Of a stretch of 44,689 bases of DNA, positions 29,328 to 38,399 are shown in pieces. Below the pieces are notes generated by a model, which searched no databases, was not told where the DNA came from, and saw only the letters and a program-made list of their open reading frames with translations. The stretch is from an uncultured Dehalococcoidia bacterium (lineage in GTDB: Bacteria; Chloroflexota; Dehalococcoidia; Lucifugimonadales; OSU-TB39), in contig CAZYCG010000004.1 of assembly GCA_964645865.1 (NCBI GenBank), positions 1 through 44,689 of the forward strand. The letters run 5' to 3'. Within the stretch, counting starts at the first letter, position 1; each line of letters opens with the position of its first letter. Both the position numbers and the translations under genes were made by a program.

Positions 29328-30683
29328 ATGGATAAATTTAAAGAACTCACTTCTCAAGTAGATAACCATATTGATGAAATTATTGAACTAGAACAAGAAT
29401 TGGTAAAAATAGAATCAGTTAATACTGGAAGTATGCCTACTGGAAATGAAACCGAAGCATGTGAATATATAAGAGACTGGTTGAACCAATACAATATTCA
29501 ATCTTCTATACTGGAATCAGTTCCTGGTAGAGGTAATATAATATCTAAGATTGAAGGTGAAAATTCAGTAAACGGACTTATGTTCATGTCTCACACTGAT
29601 GTTGTTCCTGTGGAGGATGAGTCAAAATGGAATTACCCGCCTTTTGGTGGAGTCTTAGATAATGGAAGAATTTATGGTAGAGGAGCATCTGATTGTAAAG
29701 GATTATTAACCTCTCAAATGATGGCTATGCGATTACTAAACATAAACGAGATCAAGTTAAAAGAAAATTTGATACTTGTGTCAGGTGCAGATGAAGAACA
29801 TGGTGGAAGATATGGTTTTGGTTGGTTGGCTGAAAATCATCCTGAAAAAATCACTGCTAAATATGCAGTTAACGAAGGGGGAGGTAATGCTTTAAAAGCA
29901 GCTGGCACATCAGCTTATTTGTTAGGCGTTGGTGAGAAAGGTAGGTTGCAAGTTGAAATTTCAATAAAAGGTACCAGCGCTCATGCGTCAATGCCTTGGC
30001 AAGGTGAAAACGCTTTATTTGTCTTGGGACAAGTAGTTAAACGTATAGAAGATTATCAAGCAGAACGAGATGTTTCACTTGAATTTTTCAAATATCTATC
30101 TAATTTAGCAATCGAAGATAACCCAACTATTGATAATATAGATGAAATAATTTCTGGGTTTGAATCTGAAAATAAACATATGGCAACGATGTTGAAAGCC
30201 CAATCACGCATGACTATTACTCCTACAATAGTGCATGGTGGAATTAAATCTAATTCCGTTCCAGAATCAATAAATTTGACTTGTGATGTAAGAACATTAC
30301 CTCACCAAGATCAAATATATTTAGAACAAGAACTGGACAAAATTTTAGAAGGTATTAATGGAGTAGATTACACCATAGACTACATGGCAATCCCAAATTC
30401 TTCTCCGTATGAAACGTCCTTTATAGATACTTTAAAAGATGTAACGGAAAAAATTGTGGATAGGAATAATTTACAGTGGGTTCCCACGGTTTGTACTGGC
30501 TTCACTGATTCGAGGTTTACTCGGGACCTAGGAGTTGAGACTTATGGTTTTATGGGCGCCCATCCTGATGACGACCCTATGTTAACGAATATTCATGGCA
30601 CAGATGAATCAGAAAGTGTTCAATCTCTTGTAGTTAGTACAAAGATAATGTTAGGTCTTGCATATGAGTTATTGGCTAAATAA
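29328..30683 (+). CDS. M20/M25/M40 family metallo-hydrolase (ArgE/DapE-like)
   Basis: SHTDVVP, GRGASDCKG, DEE, NEGG, HG.DE; start set at MDKF. Confidence 0.9.
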   Translation: MDKFKELTSQVDNHIDEIIELEQELVKIESVNTGSMPTGNETEACEYIRDWLNQYNIQSSILESVPGRGNIISKIEGENSVNGLMFMSHTDVVPVEDESKWNYPPFGGVLDNGRIYGRGASDCKGLLTSQMMAMRLLNINEIKLKENLILVSGADEEHGGRYGFGWLAENHPEKITAKYAVNEGGGNALKAAGTSAYLLGVGEKGRLQVEISIKGTSAHASMPWQGENALFVLGQVVKRIEDYQAERDVSLEFFKYLSNLAIEDNPTIDNIDEIISGFESENKHMATMLKAQSRMTITPTIVHGGIKSNSVPESINLTCDVRTLPHQDQIYLEQELDKILEGINGVDYTIDYMAIPNSSPYETSFIDTLKDVTEKIVDRNNLQWVPTVCTGFTDSRFTRDLGVETYGFMGAHPDDDPMLTNIHGTDESESVQSLVVSTKIMLGLAYELLAK

Positions 30684-30727
30684 TTACTTAAACAATATTT
30701 TTTATATTGTAGTATGAGGTTTGTTGA

Positions 30728-31600
30728 ATGACTGACATTGAAATATATGAACATCCAGATGGAGATTTTTCTAATCTGATATTTGCTTTTTCAGGCTGGT
30801 CTGATGCAAATGGTACAGCTACTAAAGCAGTACAATTTCTCATTGATAAAACTAAAGCAAAAAAATTCGCTGAAATATCTCCAGAAAATTTTTATGATTT
30901 CAGTTTGGTTCGACCTAATATGAAATTCGATAATTTTGGAAAAAGAATTCTTGAATGGCCTAAAAACGAATTTTATTATTCGACAGATGAATCGACTAAA
31001 GGTTTAATGTTTTTTGTCGGAGCAGAGCCTAATTTAAAATGGAAAACTTTCAGTTCTTTAATCTCAGAGTTTTGTACTGATTTCAAAATAAATATGATGA
31101 TTTCACTTGGAGCGTTGTTAGATTCAGTGCCTCATACTAGACCAATAAAAGTTTCTGGTCGTTTTAGTAATAATCAATTAAAAGAACGTATGGAATGGTT
31201 GGGAGTTAAAGATTCACAATACGAAGGGCCAACTGGAATAAACACGGTACTTATGCAAGAAAGCATTGAAAAAGATGTGCAACATGTGAGTTTATGGGGG
31301 CATACTCCTCATTATGTGACATCTAGCACTAATCCTAACGTAACACTTGCTTTGTTGAATAGGGCGATGAATTTGGGAGAATTTGAAGTAGATGTACAAC
31401 GCTTCGTAGATGAAGGTGATAGATTTATAAATAGAGTAAATGGGGCGGTTGAAATTCAGGGTGAAATCAAATCTTACGTGCAAAAATTGGAACAAGCTTA
31501 TGATTTGGATGTTGGAACTAATGCAGATATACCTAGTTCAGAAACAATGATCGAAGAATTGGAAAAATTTCTCAATAATCAAATGCCTAAAAATGAGTAA
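30728..31600 (+). CDS. PAC2 (proteasome assembly chaperone) family protein
   Basis: AFSGW.DA, FYDF...RP, G.EPNLKW, LGAL...PHTRP, YEGPTGI, PHY, EELEKFL. Confidence 0.9.
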   Translation: MTDIEIYEHPDGDFSNLIFAFSGWSDANGTATKAVQFLIDKTKAKKFAEISPENFYDFSLVRPNMKFDNFGKRILEWPKNEFYYSTDESTKGLMFFVGAEPNLKWKTFSSLISEFCTDFKINMMISLGALLDSVPHTRPIKVSGRFSNNQLKERMEWLGVKDSQYEGPTGINTVLMQESIEKDVQHVSLWGHTPHYVTSSTNPNVTLALLNRAMNLGEFEVDVQRFVDEGDRFINRVNGAVEIQGEIKSYVQKLEQAYDLDVGTNADIPSSETMIEELEKFLNNQMPKNE

Positions 31601-31620
31601 GTTAAAAATTGATTTATGGA

Positions 31621-32670
31621 TCAATTGCTCGTATTTAATATGGAATTGTTGGATGGTACGGGGATAGGTATGGGCGTAACACCAATAAGTTGATTTAAAT
31701 TAATTTCCTGATGGGGTTGTTTCAAACCGAATTGTGAATTTATTTGAGTTGCTAATATTGAAATTTCTACAGACTTCTTCCATTTTTTGTTTTGTACTAC
31801 CCCTAGAATGATTTTTGCGTCTGGGTGGATATTTTGTTTCAATGCTGTGGTAATTGTCTGGATTTGTTCTAAAGTCAAATCTTCACCTGCTTTTATGTTA
31901 ATTAAAAGCCCGTCAGCGTTATAGATTGGGGTTTCGTGGTTGCTTTGATTTATAGCGTTATTCAAAGCATCTTGTGCGGCGTTGCGACCTTTGGCTTTAC
32001 CAGTAGACATATAAGAAAAACCACCTTTTGAAAGGATAGAATGTACGTCAGCGAAATCAACGTTTATTAAACCTGGTATTGTAATTATGTCAGCGATTGA
32101 CTGTACTCCGTTCTGTAGGACTTCGTCAGCTTTGGAAAAAGCAAGTTCTAATTTGTTTGTATATGTTTGATCTTGTAAAAGGCTGTCGTTTTCTACCACT
32201 ATGGTTGTGTGAGCTTTTTTGGAAACAGCCTCTAAACCTTGGATAGCATGTTTATATCTGAAATCTCCTTCAAAAGTAAAAGGTAAAGTCATAACAGCAA
32301 CTACCAGTGCTCCTTGTTTTCTGCCAATATCAGCTATGATAGGGCTAGCACCTGTACCTGTACCACCACCCAAACCAGATACCAGGAATAATAAGTCAGT
32401 GTCTCTTAACAGATCTTCTATCTGTTTTCTACTTTCCTTTATAGCTTTGCTGCCTTTCGATGGGTCTCCACCAGAGCCCATTCCAGACGTACATTTGGGA
32501 CCTATTGCAAACGTTCTGATAGGATTCTGAATTTGCTGTAAAGCTTGGACGTCTGTGTTTAATCCAATGATTTCCACATTTGGGTCATCAGTTGAAATTC
32601 TGTTAATTGCGTTACCTCCAGATCCTCCGATGCCTACGATTTTAATTTTTGTCAACGATGAATTTTCCAT
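31621..32670 (-). CDS. ftsZ: FtsZ family GTPase (orphan, probably a paralog)
   Basis: GGSGGNAINR, NTD, GGGTGTG, PFTFEG, T7 loop GLINVDFADV; ATG at 32670 has GGAG upstream. Confidence 0.9.
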   Translation of the reverse strand: MENSSLTKIKIVGIGGSGGNAINRISTDDPNVEIIGLNTDVQALQQIQNPIRTFAIGPKCTSGMGSGGDPSKGSKAIKESRKQIEDLLRDTDLLFLVSGLGGGTGTGASPIIADIGRKQGALVVAVMTLPFTFEGDFRYKHAIQGLEAVSKKAHTTIVVENDSLLQDQTYTNKLELAFSKADEVLQNGVQSIADIITIPGLINVDFADVHSILSKGGFSYMSTGKAKGRNAAQDALNNAINQSNHETPIYNADGLLINIKAGEDLTLEQIQTITTALKQNIHPDAKIILGVVQNKKWKKSVEISILATQINSQFGLKQPHQEINLNQLIGVTPIPIPVPSNNSILNTSN

Positions 32671-32718
32671 TTTAAAACACTCCATTTGCCGTTTGATAAT
32701 ATTTGGTGAGGGAAATAT

Positions 32719-32979
32719 TCAATTTAATGGACGTAGCAGGAATTTAGAAATATACCAATTGTTGGCTTTGTCGAATTCAACAAAAACTTTATTGCTTCCT
32801 GTTTTGAGGACAATTCCGGTCGAACCCTTTTTAGGCCCCCCAGTTAAATTTCCCGTATATTCGACTCTGCATCCTGGAAATAATATTTTTGAATGCGAAG
32901 AATTAACATCAGTCAAGGGTAAAGATGGATAATTCCCAATCAACACGTTAGACATTTTAAGTTGTACGATTGTGTCCAT
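32719..32979 (-). CDS. Small hypothetical protein, SH3/KOW-like beta-barrel pattern
   Basis: PGCRVEY..G...G..GIV...VFVEFD....W.I....LRP; ATG at 32979 or 32955 (TTG at 33015 coincides with the -35 box). Confidence 0.65.
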   Translation of the reverse strand: MDTIVQLKMSNVLIGNYPSLPLTDVNSSHSKILFPGCRVEYTGNLTGGPKKGSTGIVLKTGSNKVFVEFDKANNWYISKFLLRPLN

Positions 32980-32986
32980 ATAGAAC

Positions 32987-33015
32987 ATATTAGAACAGAA
33001 CAGATGTTCTGTCAA
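32987..33015 (-). promoter_or_regulatory. sigma70 promoter (TTGACA-17-TAATAT) overlapped by a LexA (SOS) box
   Basis: -35 TTGACA 33015-33010, -10 TAATAT 32992-32987; ACAGAAC-AGAT-GTTCTGT at 32995-33012 matches GAAC-N4-GTTC. Confidence 0.8.
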
Positions 33016-33040
33016 TATTTAAATGATATTGGACTTTTGG

Positions 33041-33058
33041 ACTACAATACGTTGTAGT
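33041..33058 (-). terminator. Short hairpin after PHP gene stop
   Basis: ACTACAA-TACG-TTGTAGT perfect 7-bp stem; no clear U-tract. Confidence 0.35.
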
Positions 33059-33064
33059 ACTACT

Positions 33065-33997
33065 TCAAGATTTAAATATCGGTTGCGTCCAAGCCTTAAA
33101 TCCTCCAGACGATTTGATTGTAGCTCTCATGTAAGATGAATTTGGAGGTAATTCAAAATTAAAGTTGAGGTCATCTGTTTCGTACAATAATTCACCTTCG
33201 TAACCGGTTATGCTTGTAACATATTCTGTTAATTTTAACGGGTCGTCTTCATTTGTACCGATTGATATATTTAGTGATTTATCAGAACGGTCCAATTGAT
33301 CTAAATACACCCCAGTTGACGCATAAAAGTCTCCATTTTTGATGGAATCCATTATTGAAAGTTCAGAAAGAGAATCTGCCTTTACGCATATCCACCCTCT
33401 ACCAGGATTTGCCATCTTGGGTGTGAAATCATGGTAATGATGGGAATCATCTGCTGCTACTCCATAAATCAATTTACCTGAACTCAAAATCCCGTCCCAT
33501 ATTTGTTCTGCGCTGGGTCTGGTTTTACTTCCGTAAACATTGGTGTCGTGGATACCGTTAAAAACTTCTATAGCGGTGGCACCATTGACTTGAATCAAAT
33601 CACTAATTGTATAGGCCCATTTATAATTAGGGTGATTTATAGAAGCAATACCACCTGCCTCTTTTATTGAATCAATATTCGCCTGTATTGTTGAAACAAC
33701 GCCATCAACTTCTATAGGTTCTACCACTCTTTCAATGCCTATACCGTTGATGTGGATTGGTACTGTAACATCATTATTTTGGATGTTCATAGTAACCTCT
33801 TCTCCTGGAATCATTAAAGGTGTTTCAGCAGTTTCAATTTCATTTCCGTAATCAAGTATTGTCCTATGATTATGGTCAGTTAAAACCAAAAAATCATATC
33901 CGTGTGCTTTGTACCATTCGGTTACTTTAATAGGATCTTCATCCCCATCAGATTTAGTGGTATGGGTATGTATGTTACCTTTATAGAATTGCTTCAT
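33065..33997 (-). CDS. PHP-domain metallohydrolase (CehA/McbA-like)
   Basis: KGNIHTHTTKSDG, TDHN, GEE, NHP, EVFNG, DDSH. Confidence 0.88.
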   Translation of the reverse strand: MKQFYKGNIHTHTTKSDGDEDPIKVTEWYKAHGYDFLVLTDHNHRTILDYGNEIETAETPLMIPGEEVTMNIQNNDVTVPIHINGIGIERVVEPIEVDGVVSTIQANIDSIKEAGGIASINHPNYKWAYTISDLIQVNGATAIEVFNGIHDTNVYGSKTRPSAEQIWDGILSSGKLIYGVAADDSHHYHDFTPKMANPGRGWICVKADSLSELSIMDSIKNGDFYASTGVYLDQLDRSDKSLNISIGTNEDDPLKLTEYVTSITGYEGELLYETDDLNFNFELPPNSSYMRATIKSSGGFKAWTQPIFKS

Positions 33998-34204
33998 GAT
34001 TTTTATCCTTGTTTTACGTGATTTGTCTTATGTTAATATATTTATCATTCAATTAGTTGCTTATGTTATTGATTTAATGTTAACGATATCACTCAACTAA
34101 TAATATAATCAAAACAAATATTTGTTCAGATATAAATATGCTGATACCATAAATCAAAATCAGGATTTATGTGAATATGATAATAACATTTTGGAGGATT
34201 AATT

Positions 34205-35188
34205 TTGGCATCAAACAAAAAAGATGGGTTTCTTATTATTGACGGTTTGAATGTCAGTAATTGGGAAAGCGAAAACGTTTATCGTGATTTGAATAAAGGC
34301 AATGTTAATGCGATTAATGCTACAACAGCTACGTGGGAAAATTATTCGCAAACTCTCGACAATATCGCTGTTTGGTATTCAAAGTTTAATAATAGAACAG
34401 ATATTTCTTTAGTCAGGAAAGTAGATGATATATTCAAAGCATCTGATAATGGTCAGGTAGGAATAATAATAGGGTTTCAAAATGCATCTCCAATCGAAAA
34501 TAATTTAGATTATTTATATACATTTGATGAACTTAACGTAAAAATAATTCAATTCACTTATCATGAGAGGAATTTATTAGGTAATGGTTGTTACGAACGG
34601 GTAGATGAAGGAATAACAAATTTTGGGATTGACGCAATTAAAATAATGAATGAAGTCGGGATTTTGATTGATTTGTCTCATGTAGGTATAGTAACAACTA
34701 TGGAGACTATCGACTATTCGGAGAAACCTATAGCTATAACCCATGCTAATCCAAAGTCTTATCATAACGTCCCAAGAAATAAAACTGATGAAGCGTTGAA
34801 ACTAATGGCCTCTAAAGGAGGAATTGTAGGTGTTACAGCTATTGCTCCATTTTTAAAAAAAGGGAATGCTTCTACTGTTGAAGATTATGTTGAGGCGATT
34901 AGTTATACAGTGGATCTAGTAGGTATAGACCATGTGGGTGTTGGTACAGATTTTACCCAAGACCAGCCTGAGGAATTTTGGAGATATATAGGTTCACAGC
35001 AGGGTACTAAGTTTCCTTCTACATTTACTGATGTAACAACTCCATCGAATTATCCAATAAATTTTGAAACTCCAGACAAGTTTCCTGTTTTGATAGATAC
35101 CATGGAAAATAAGGGGTTTTCATCGGAAGAAATAGCGAAGATTCTTGGATTGAATTGGATTAGAGTTTTTCAAGAAGTTTGGGAGTGA
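34205..35188 (+). CDS. Membrane dipeptidase (peptidase M19)-like amidohydrolase
   Basis: IIDGL, GFQN, DLSHVG, THANP, HNVPRNK, GTDF, NWIRV; TTG start with GGAGG RBS. Confidence 0.88.
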   Translation: MASNKKDGFLIIDGLNVSNWESENVYRDLNKGNVNAINATTATWENYSQTLDNIAVWYSKFNNRTDISLVRKVDDIFKASDNGQVGIIIGFQNASPIENNLDYLYTFDELNVKIIQFTYHERNLLGNGCYERVDEGITNFGIDAIKIMNEVGILIDLSHVGIVTTMETIDYSEKPIAITHANPKSYHNVPRNKTDEALKLMASKGGIVGVTAIAPFLKKGNASTVEDYVEAISYTVDLVGIDHVGVGTDFTQDQPEEFWRYIGSQQGTKFPSTFTDVTTPSNYPINFETPDKFPVLIDTMENKGFSSEEIAKILGLNWIRVFQEVWE

Positions 35189-35196
35189 TTAGGAAT

Positions 35197-36327
35197 TTAG
35201 AGGTAAGTTTCAATAGATAGATCATAAATTTTGCCATTATATTCAATTTTGTATTTTTGAAAATCAACTTCTGAATGTTCTTTGATTTTGTTTGAATCGG
35301 TTATTTTTTTTCCACTGTTTAAGTTTATCTCAAAATCTTTGTTGTCATACATGATTCTAATATTGGCATCTTGTCCACTTACAGTAGAAGCTAAAGATTT
35401 TATCGCTTTTTCGTAACTAAATAATATTAGGTGAGCTTCATTTAAACTGACTGGCCTAAAATTAATTTTATGATTTGGACCAGCTTGAGCTAGTTTTGAA
35501 ATATCAGGAGAGATTACACTTCCTATTTTTGAATATCCTCCAGTAGTTCCTCTATCAGCCATTAAAATAATTGGTTGCCCGTTCCCAGGTATTTGTATAG
35601 CTCCAAATTCAGTTCCGCTAGATATTATATCGGCACCACCATTATGATTTATACTTGGTCCATTTAAGCGATACCCTATGCGATTCGAGTTTGATGATAT
35701 TGTGTATGTGGATTCCCAAAGACGAGCGATTGATTCTCTACTAAATTTATTAAGTGAATTTGATATTAGGATTCGAAGTTCCAAAGGATTTGATGGTATG
35801 ACAAAATCAAAACCGGTTAGAAAGGAAGTTTTTATGTATTCATCATTGGAGTTTATTCCTTTAAATAAGACATCACCTGTTTTTAATATTCTTCCTTCTT
35901 GACCTCCAAATTTACCGGTTAAATAAGTTGAATGGCTGCCCATTATTAAGGGAGAGTCAAATCCACCTTTTACGGATAAATAATTTATAATCCCTTGTTT
36001 AGGTGATTCGAACGATATTATATCGCCTTTAGAAATTTCTATGGGCTGCCAAAGTTGTATTTGTTTTTCGTTAAGTTTCACTAAGCTTTTTGCGCCAGTT
36101 ACAGCAATAATAGCATTATCTAGAGCAGTTAATTTAGGTCCCAAAAATGTAGTTTCTAGACAAGCGAAATTCAATGGATTGTTTAATAAAGTATTTGCCG
36201 CTTTAAATGAAAATGAATCCATTGGGCCCGAGACTGGTACACCAATATTTTGGAATCCATATCTGCCAAGATCTTGAATGGTAGTTTGTGGTCCAGGGTC
36301 ATTGATCTCAAATACTTTAGTTTTCAT
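35197..36327 (-). CDS. pxpC: 5-oxoprolinase subunit C / biotin-dependent carboxyltransferase-family protein with C-terminal extension
   Basis: TTIQDLGR, GVPVSGPMD, GSHST, SNRIGYRL, GAIQIP.NGQPIILMADRGTTGGY. Confidence 0.9.
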   Translation of the reverse strand: MKTKVFEINDPGPQTTIQDLGRYGFQNIGVPVSGPMDSFSFKAANTLLNNPLNFACLETTFLGPKLTALDNAIIAVTGAKSLVKLNEKQIQLWQPIEISKGDIISFESPKQGIINYLSVKGGFDSPLIMGSHSTYLTGKFGGQEGRILKTGDVLFKGINSNDEYIKTSFLTGFDFVIPSNPLELRILISNSLNKFSRESIARLWESTYTISSNSNRIGYRLNGPSINHNGGADIISSGTEFGAIQIPGNGQPIILMADRGTTGGYSKIGSVISPDISKLAQAGPNHKINFRPVSLNEAHLILFSYEKAIKSLASTVSGQDANIRIMYDNKDFEINLNSGKKITDSNKIKEHSEVDFQKYKIEYNGKIYDLSIETYL

Positions 36328-37054
36328 TGTTTATGCTCTTATTTGGCTTGAATTTGTCAGTTTTAACCAAATTAAATATAGTTTCATATTCATCTATAGA
36401 TTTTAATGGGACAAATCTTATCAGGTCTCCAGGCGTTATAAGTGAAGGAGGATTTTTTTCATGATTGAAAAGTATAAGAGGAGTTTTTCCTATGAGTTGC
36501 CATCCACCAGGACTCTCACTAGGATAGATACCCGTTTGTTTGTCAGCAATCCCTACTGATCCTGCTGGTATTAGTGTTCTTGGAGTTGTTAATCTAGGAG
36601 TAGATATAGATTCTTCCATGCCTCCTAAATAAGGGAAGCCTGGAGTGAATCCAAGCATGTAGACAAGGTATTTGGGAGTAGAATGGATTTCAATAACTTG
36701 ATCAGTAGTTAAATTATTATGTTCGGCCACAAATTCTAAATCTTCACCATATATATCACCGTATAGCACTGGTATGTCTATCACTGTTTGTTTTGTTAAC
36801 TCGCTTTCAAGTTTTGATAACTGTTGTTCAATTATTTTAATCAAATGTTCATTAGATAACTCAGAGGGATTATATTGTATGAGTATTGAATTGTATGATG
36901 GGATTAATCCTGTTATTCCGAAATGCGAATTTTCTTTCAATAGGTTAAATAAGGTATGTACTTTGTTATTGATATCGGGGTTTATTTCATCCCTAAATCT
37001 TACAGAGACAAAGCAATCGCTTGTTGATTCTATTGTTGGGTTATCTGTGTTCAT
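36317..37054 (-). CDS. pxpB: 5-oxoprolinase subunit B (KipI/AHS1 family)
   Basis: IPVLYG, YMLGFTPGFPYL, PR..TPR..IPAGSVGIA, YPSESPGGWQLIG. Confidence 0.92.
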   Translation of the reverse strand: MNTDNPTIESTSDCFVSVRFRDEINPDINNKVHTLFNLLKENSHFGITGLIPSYNSILIQYNPSELSNEHLIKIIEQQLSKLESELTKQTVIDIPVLYGDIYGEDLEFVAEHNNLTTDQVIEIHSTPKYLVYMLGFTPGFPYLGGMEESISTPRLTTPRTLIPAGSVGIADKQTGIYPSESPGGWQLIGKTPLILFNHEKNPPSLITPGDLIRFVPLKSIDEYETIFNLVKTDKFKPNKSINNEN

Positions 37055-37083
37055 TGGTACTTACGCGGCGCTGTAACTGTTTT

Positions 37084-37851
37084 TTAACTAGCTATATTTT
37101 GTAAAGGTATAATTTCTACACCTGCAGATTTGAGAGTGTTATTTATGTTCATAGCCATTTGTACTGCTCCGGGGGTGTCGCCATGTATGCACAAACTATC
37201 AGCTTCAACTTCAATTTCATTGCCACTTATTGTAGTAGCGATACCTTCAATTACCATTTGATTACTTCTATCTGCAACTTCATTCACATCGTGTAAAACC
37301 GAACCTTCTTTCGACCTCGAGACCAAAGATCCATCATCGTTAAGAGCCCTGTCTGCAAATATTTCATTATATGCTTTCAACCCCATTTCTTTTGCGGTTT
37401 TTACCCATTTCGAACCAGATAAAGCTAGAAGTATTAGATTTGAATCATATTCTAGTATAGCTTCACAGATTGTTTTAGCTATTTTTTCATTAACAACAGC
37501 TTGGTTGTATAGAGCTCCATGGGGTTTTACATGTTGTAATTTTTTATCTTTAGTAAATGCTTGCAGAGCACCTATTTGATAAAGAATATCTGATTTTAAT
37601 TCGTCCGAAGAAATATCCATGTTTCTTCTGCCAAATCCAGCTAAATCTGGATAGCTTGGGTGAGCACCGATTTCTACACCATGATTTTGTGCAAGTGTAA
37701 CTGTTTTGTTCATCCAAATAGGATCTCCTGCATGAAATCCGCATGCTATATTCGCAGAACTTATATACTTGATTACTTCTTCATCATGACCTAATTTATA
37801 CATTCCAAAACTTTCGCCCATATCGCAGTTTATGTCGACTTGTTTTGCCAT
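37084..37851 (-). CDS. pxpA: 5-oxoprolinase subunit A (LamB/YcsF family)
   Basis: DINCDMGES, ACGFHAGD, GAHPSYPD..GFGRR, HVKPHGALYN, CIHGD. Confidence 0.95.
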   Translation of the reverse strand: MAKQVDINCDMGESFGMYKLGHDEEVIKYISSANIACGFHAGDPIWMNKTVTLAQNHGVEIGAHPSYPDLAGFGRRNMDISSDELKSDILYQIGALQAFTKDKKLQHVKPHGALYNQAVVNEKIAKTICEAILEYDSNLILLALSGSKWVKTAKEMGLKAYNEIFADRALNDDGSLVSRSKEGSVLHDVNEVADRSNQMVIEGIATTISGNEIEVEADSLCIHGDTPGAVQMAMNINNTLKSAGVEIIPLQNIAS

Positions 37852-38042
37852 ATGCTATCTATCCTAATATGAATTTGACCAATTAATACTTTAAGTTATA
37901 GATTAAAATATTTTGATTACATTTATATATTATAGAAATGATATATATTTTGGTAAACTGAAACAAAGTTTTAATTTAATTGCTTGTTAGGAATTTCAAG
38001 CTTTTTTGTGATTTAAATATAATAAAATGTTGATGGGTTTAA

Positions 38043-38300
38043 ATGGATAATCAAGTTCTTGCGGAAGCTTTAACTCTAACTTTAATAGGCGTTGGTACTG
38101 CTTTTGTTTTGTTGATTGTATTAATGTTATCAATAAAAACAATGTCCTATTTATTAGCGAAATTTTTAAAGAAACCGATGTTTGATGGTGTTGAGAATGA
38201 GTCTTCGTTAACTACTGACGATAACAGGGATAAAATTATAGCTGCTACTTTGGGAATAGCTGCATATAGAGCTCTATTGTCGAAACAGAAATCCGGATAA
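38043..38300 (+). CDS. oadG: OadG/MmdD-like subunit of Na+-translocating decarboxylase
   Basis: Single N-terminal TM helix (LTLIGVGTAFVLLIVL), linker, IIAA..IAAY helix; directly upstream of the beta subunit. Confidence 0.8.
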   Translation: MDNQVLAEALTLTLIGVGTAFVLLIVLMLSIKTMSYLLAKFLKKPMFDGVENESSLTTDDNRDKIIAATLGIAAYRALLSKQKSG

Positions 38301-38399
38301 AATGAAAAGATAATGGGTGTCTATTAATAAAAATGTTTACAGACTTAAGAATAGAAAATCAATTTTGTAATGATGTGTTATTGACCGTGTCATCGGAGA

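Noticed and set aside
32981-32996. Extra GAAC repeats as an alphaproteobacterial GTTC-N7-GTTC LexA box
   Set aside because: Spacing is N6; the adjacent GAAC-N4-GTTC palindrome is the better match
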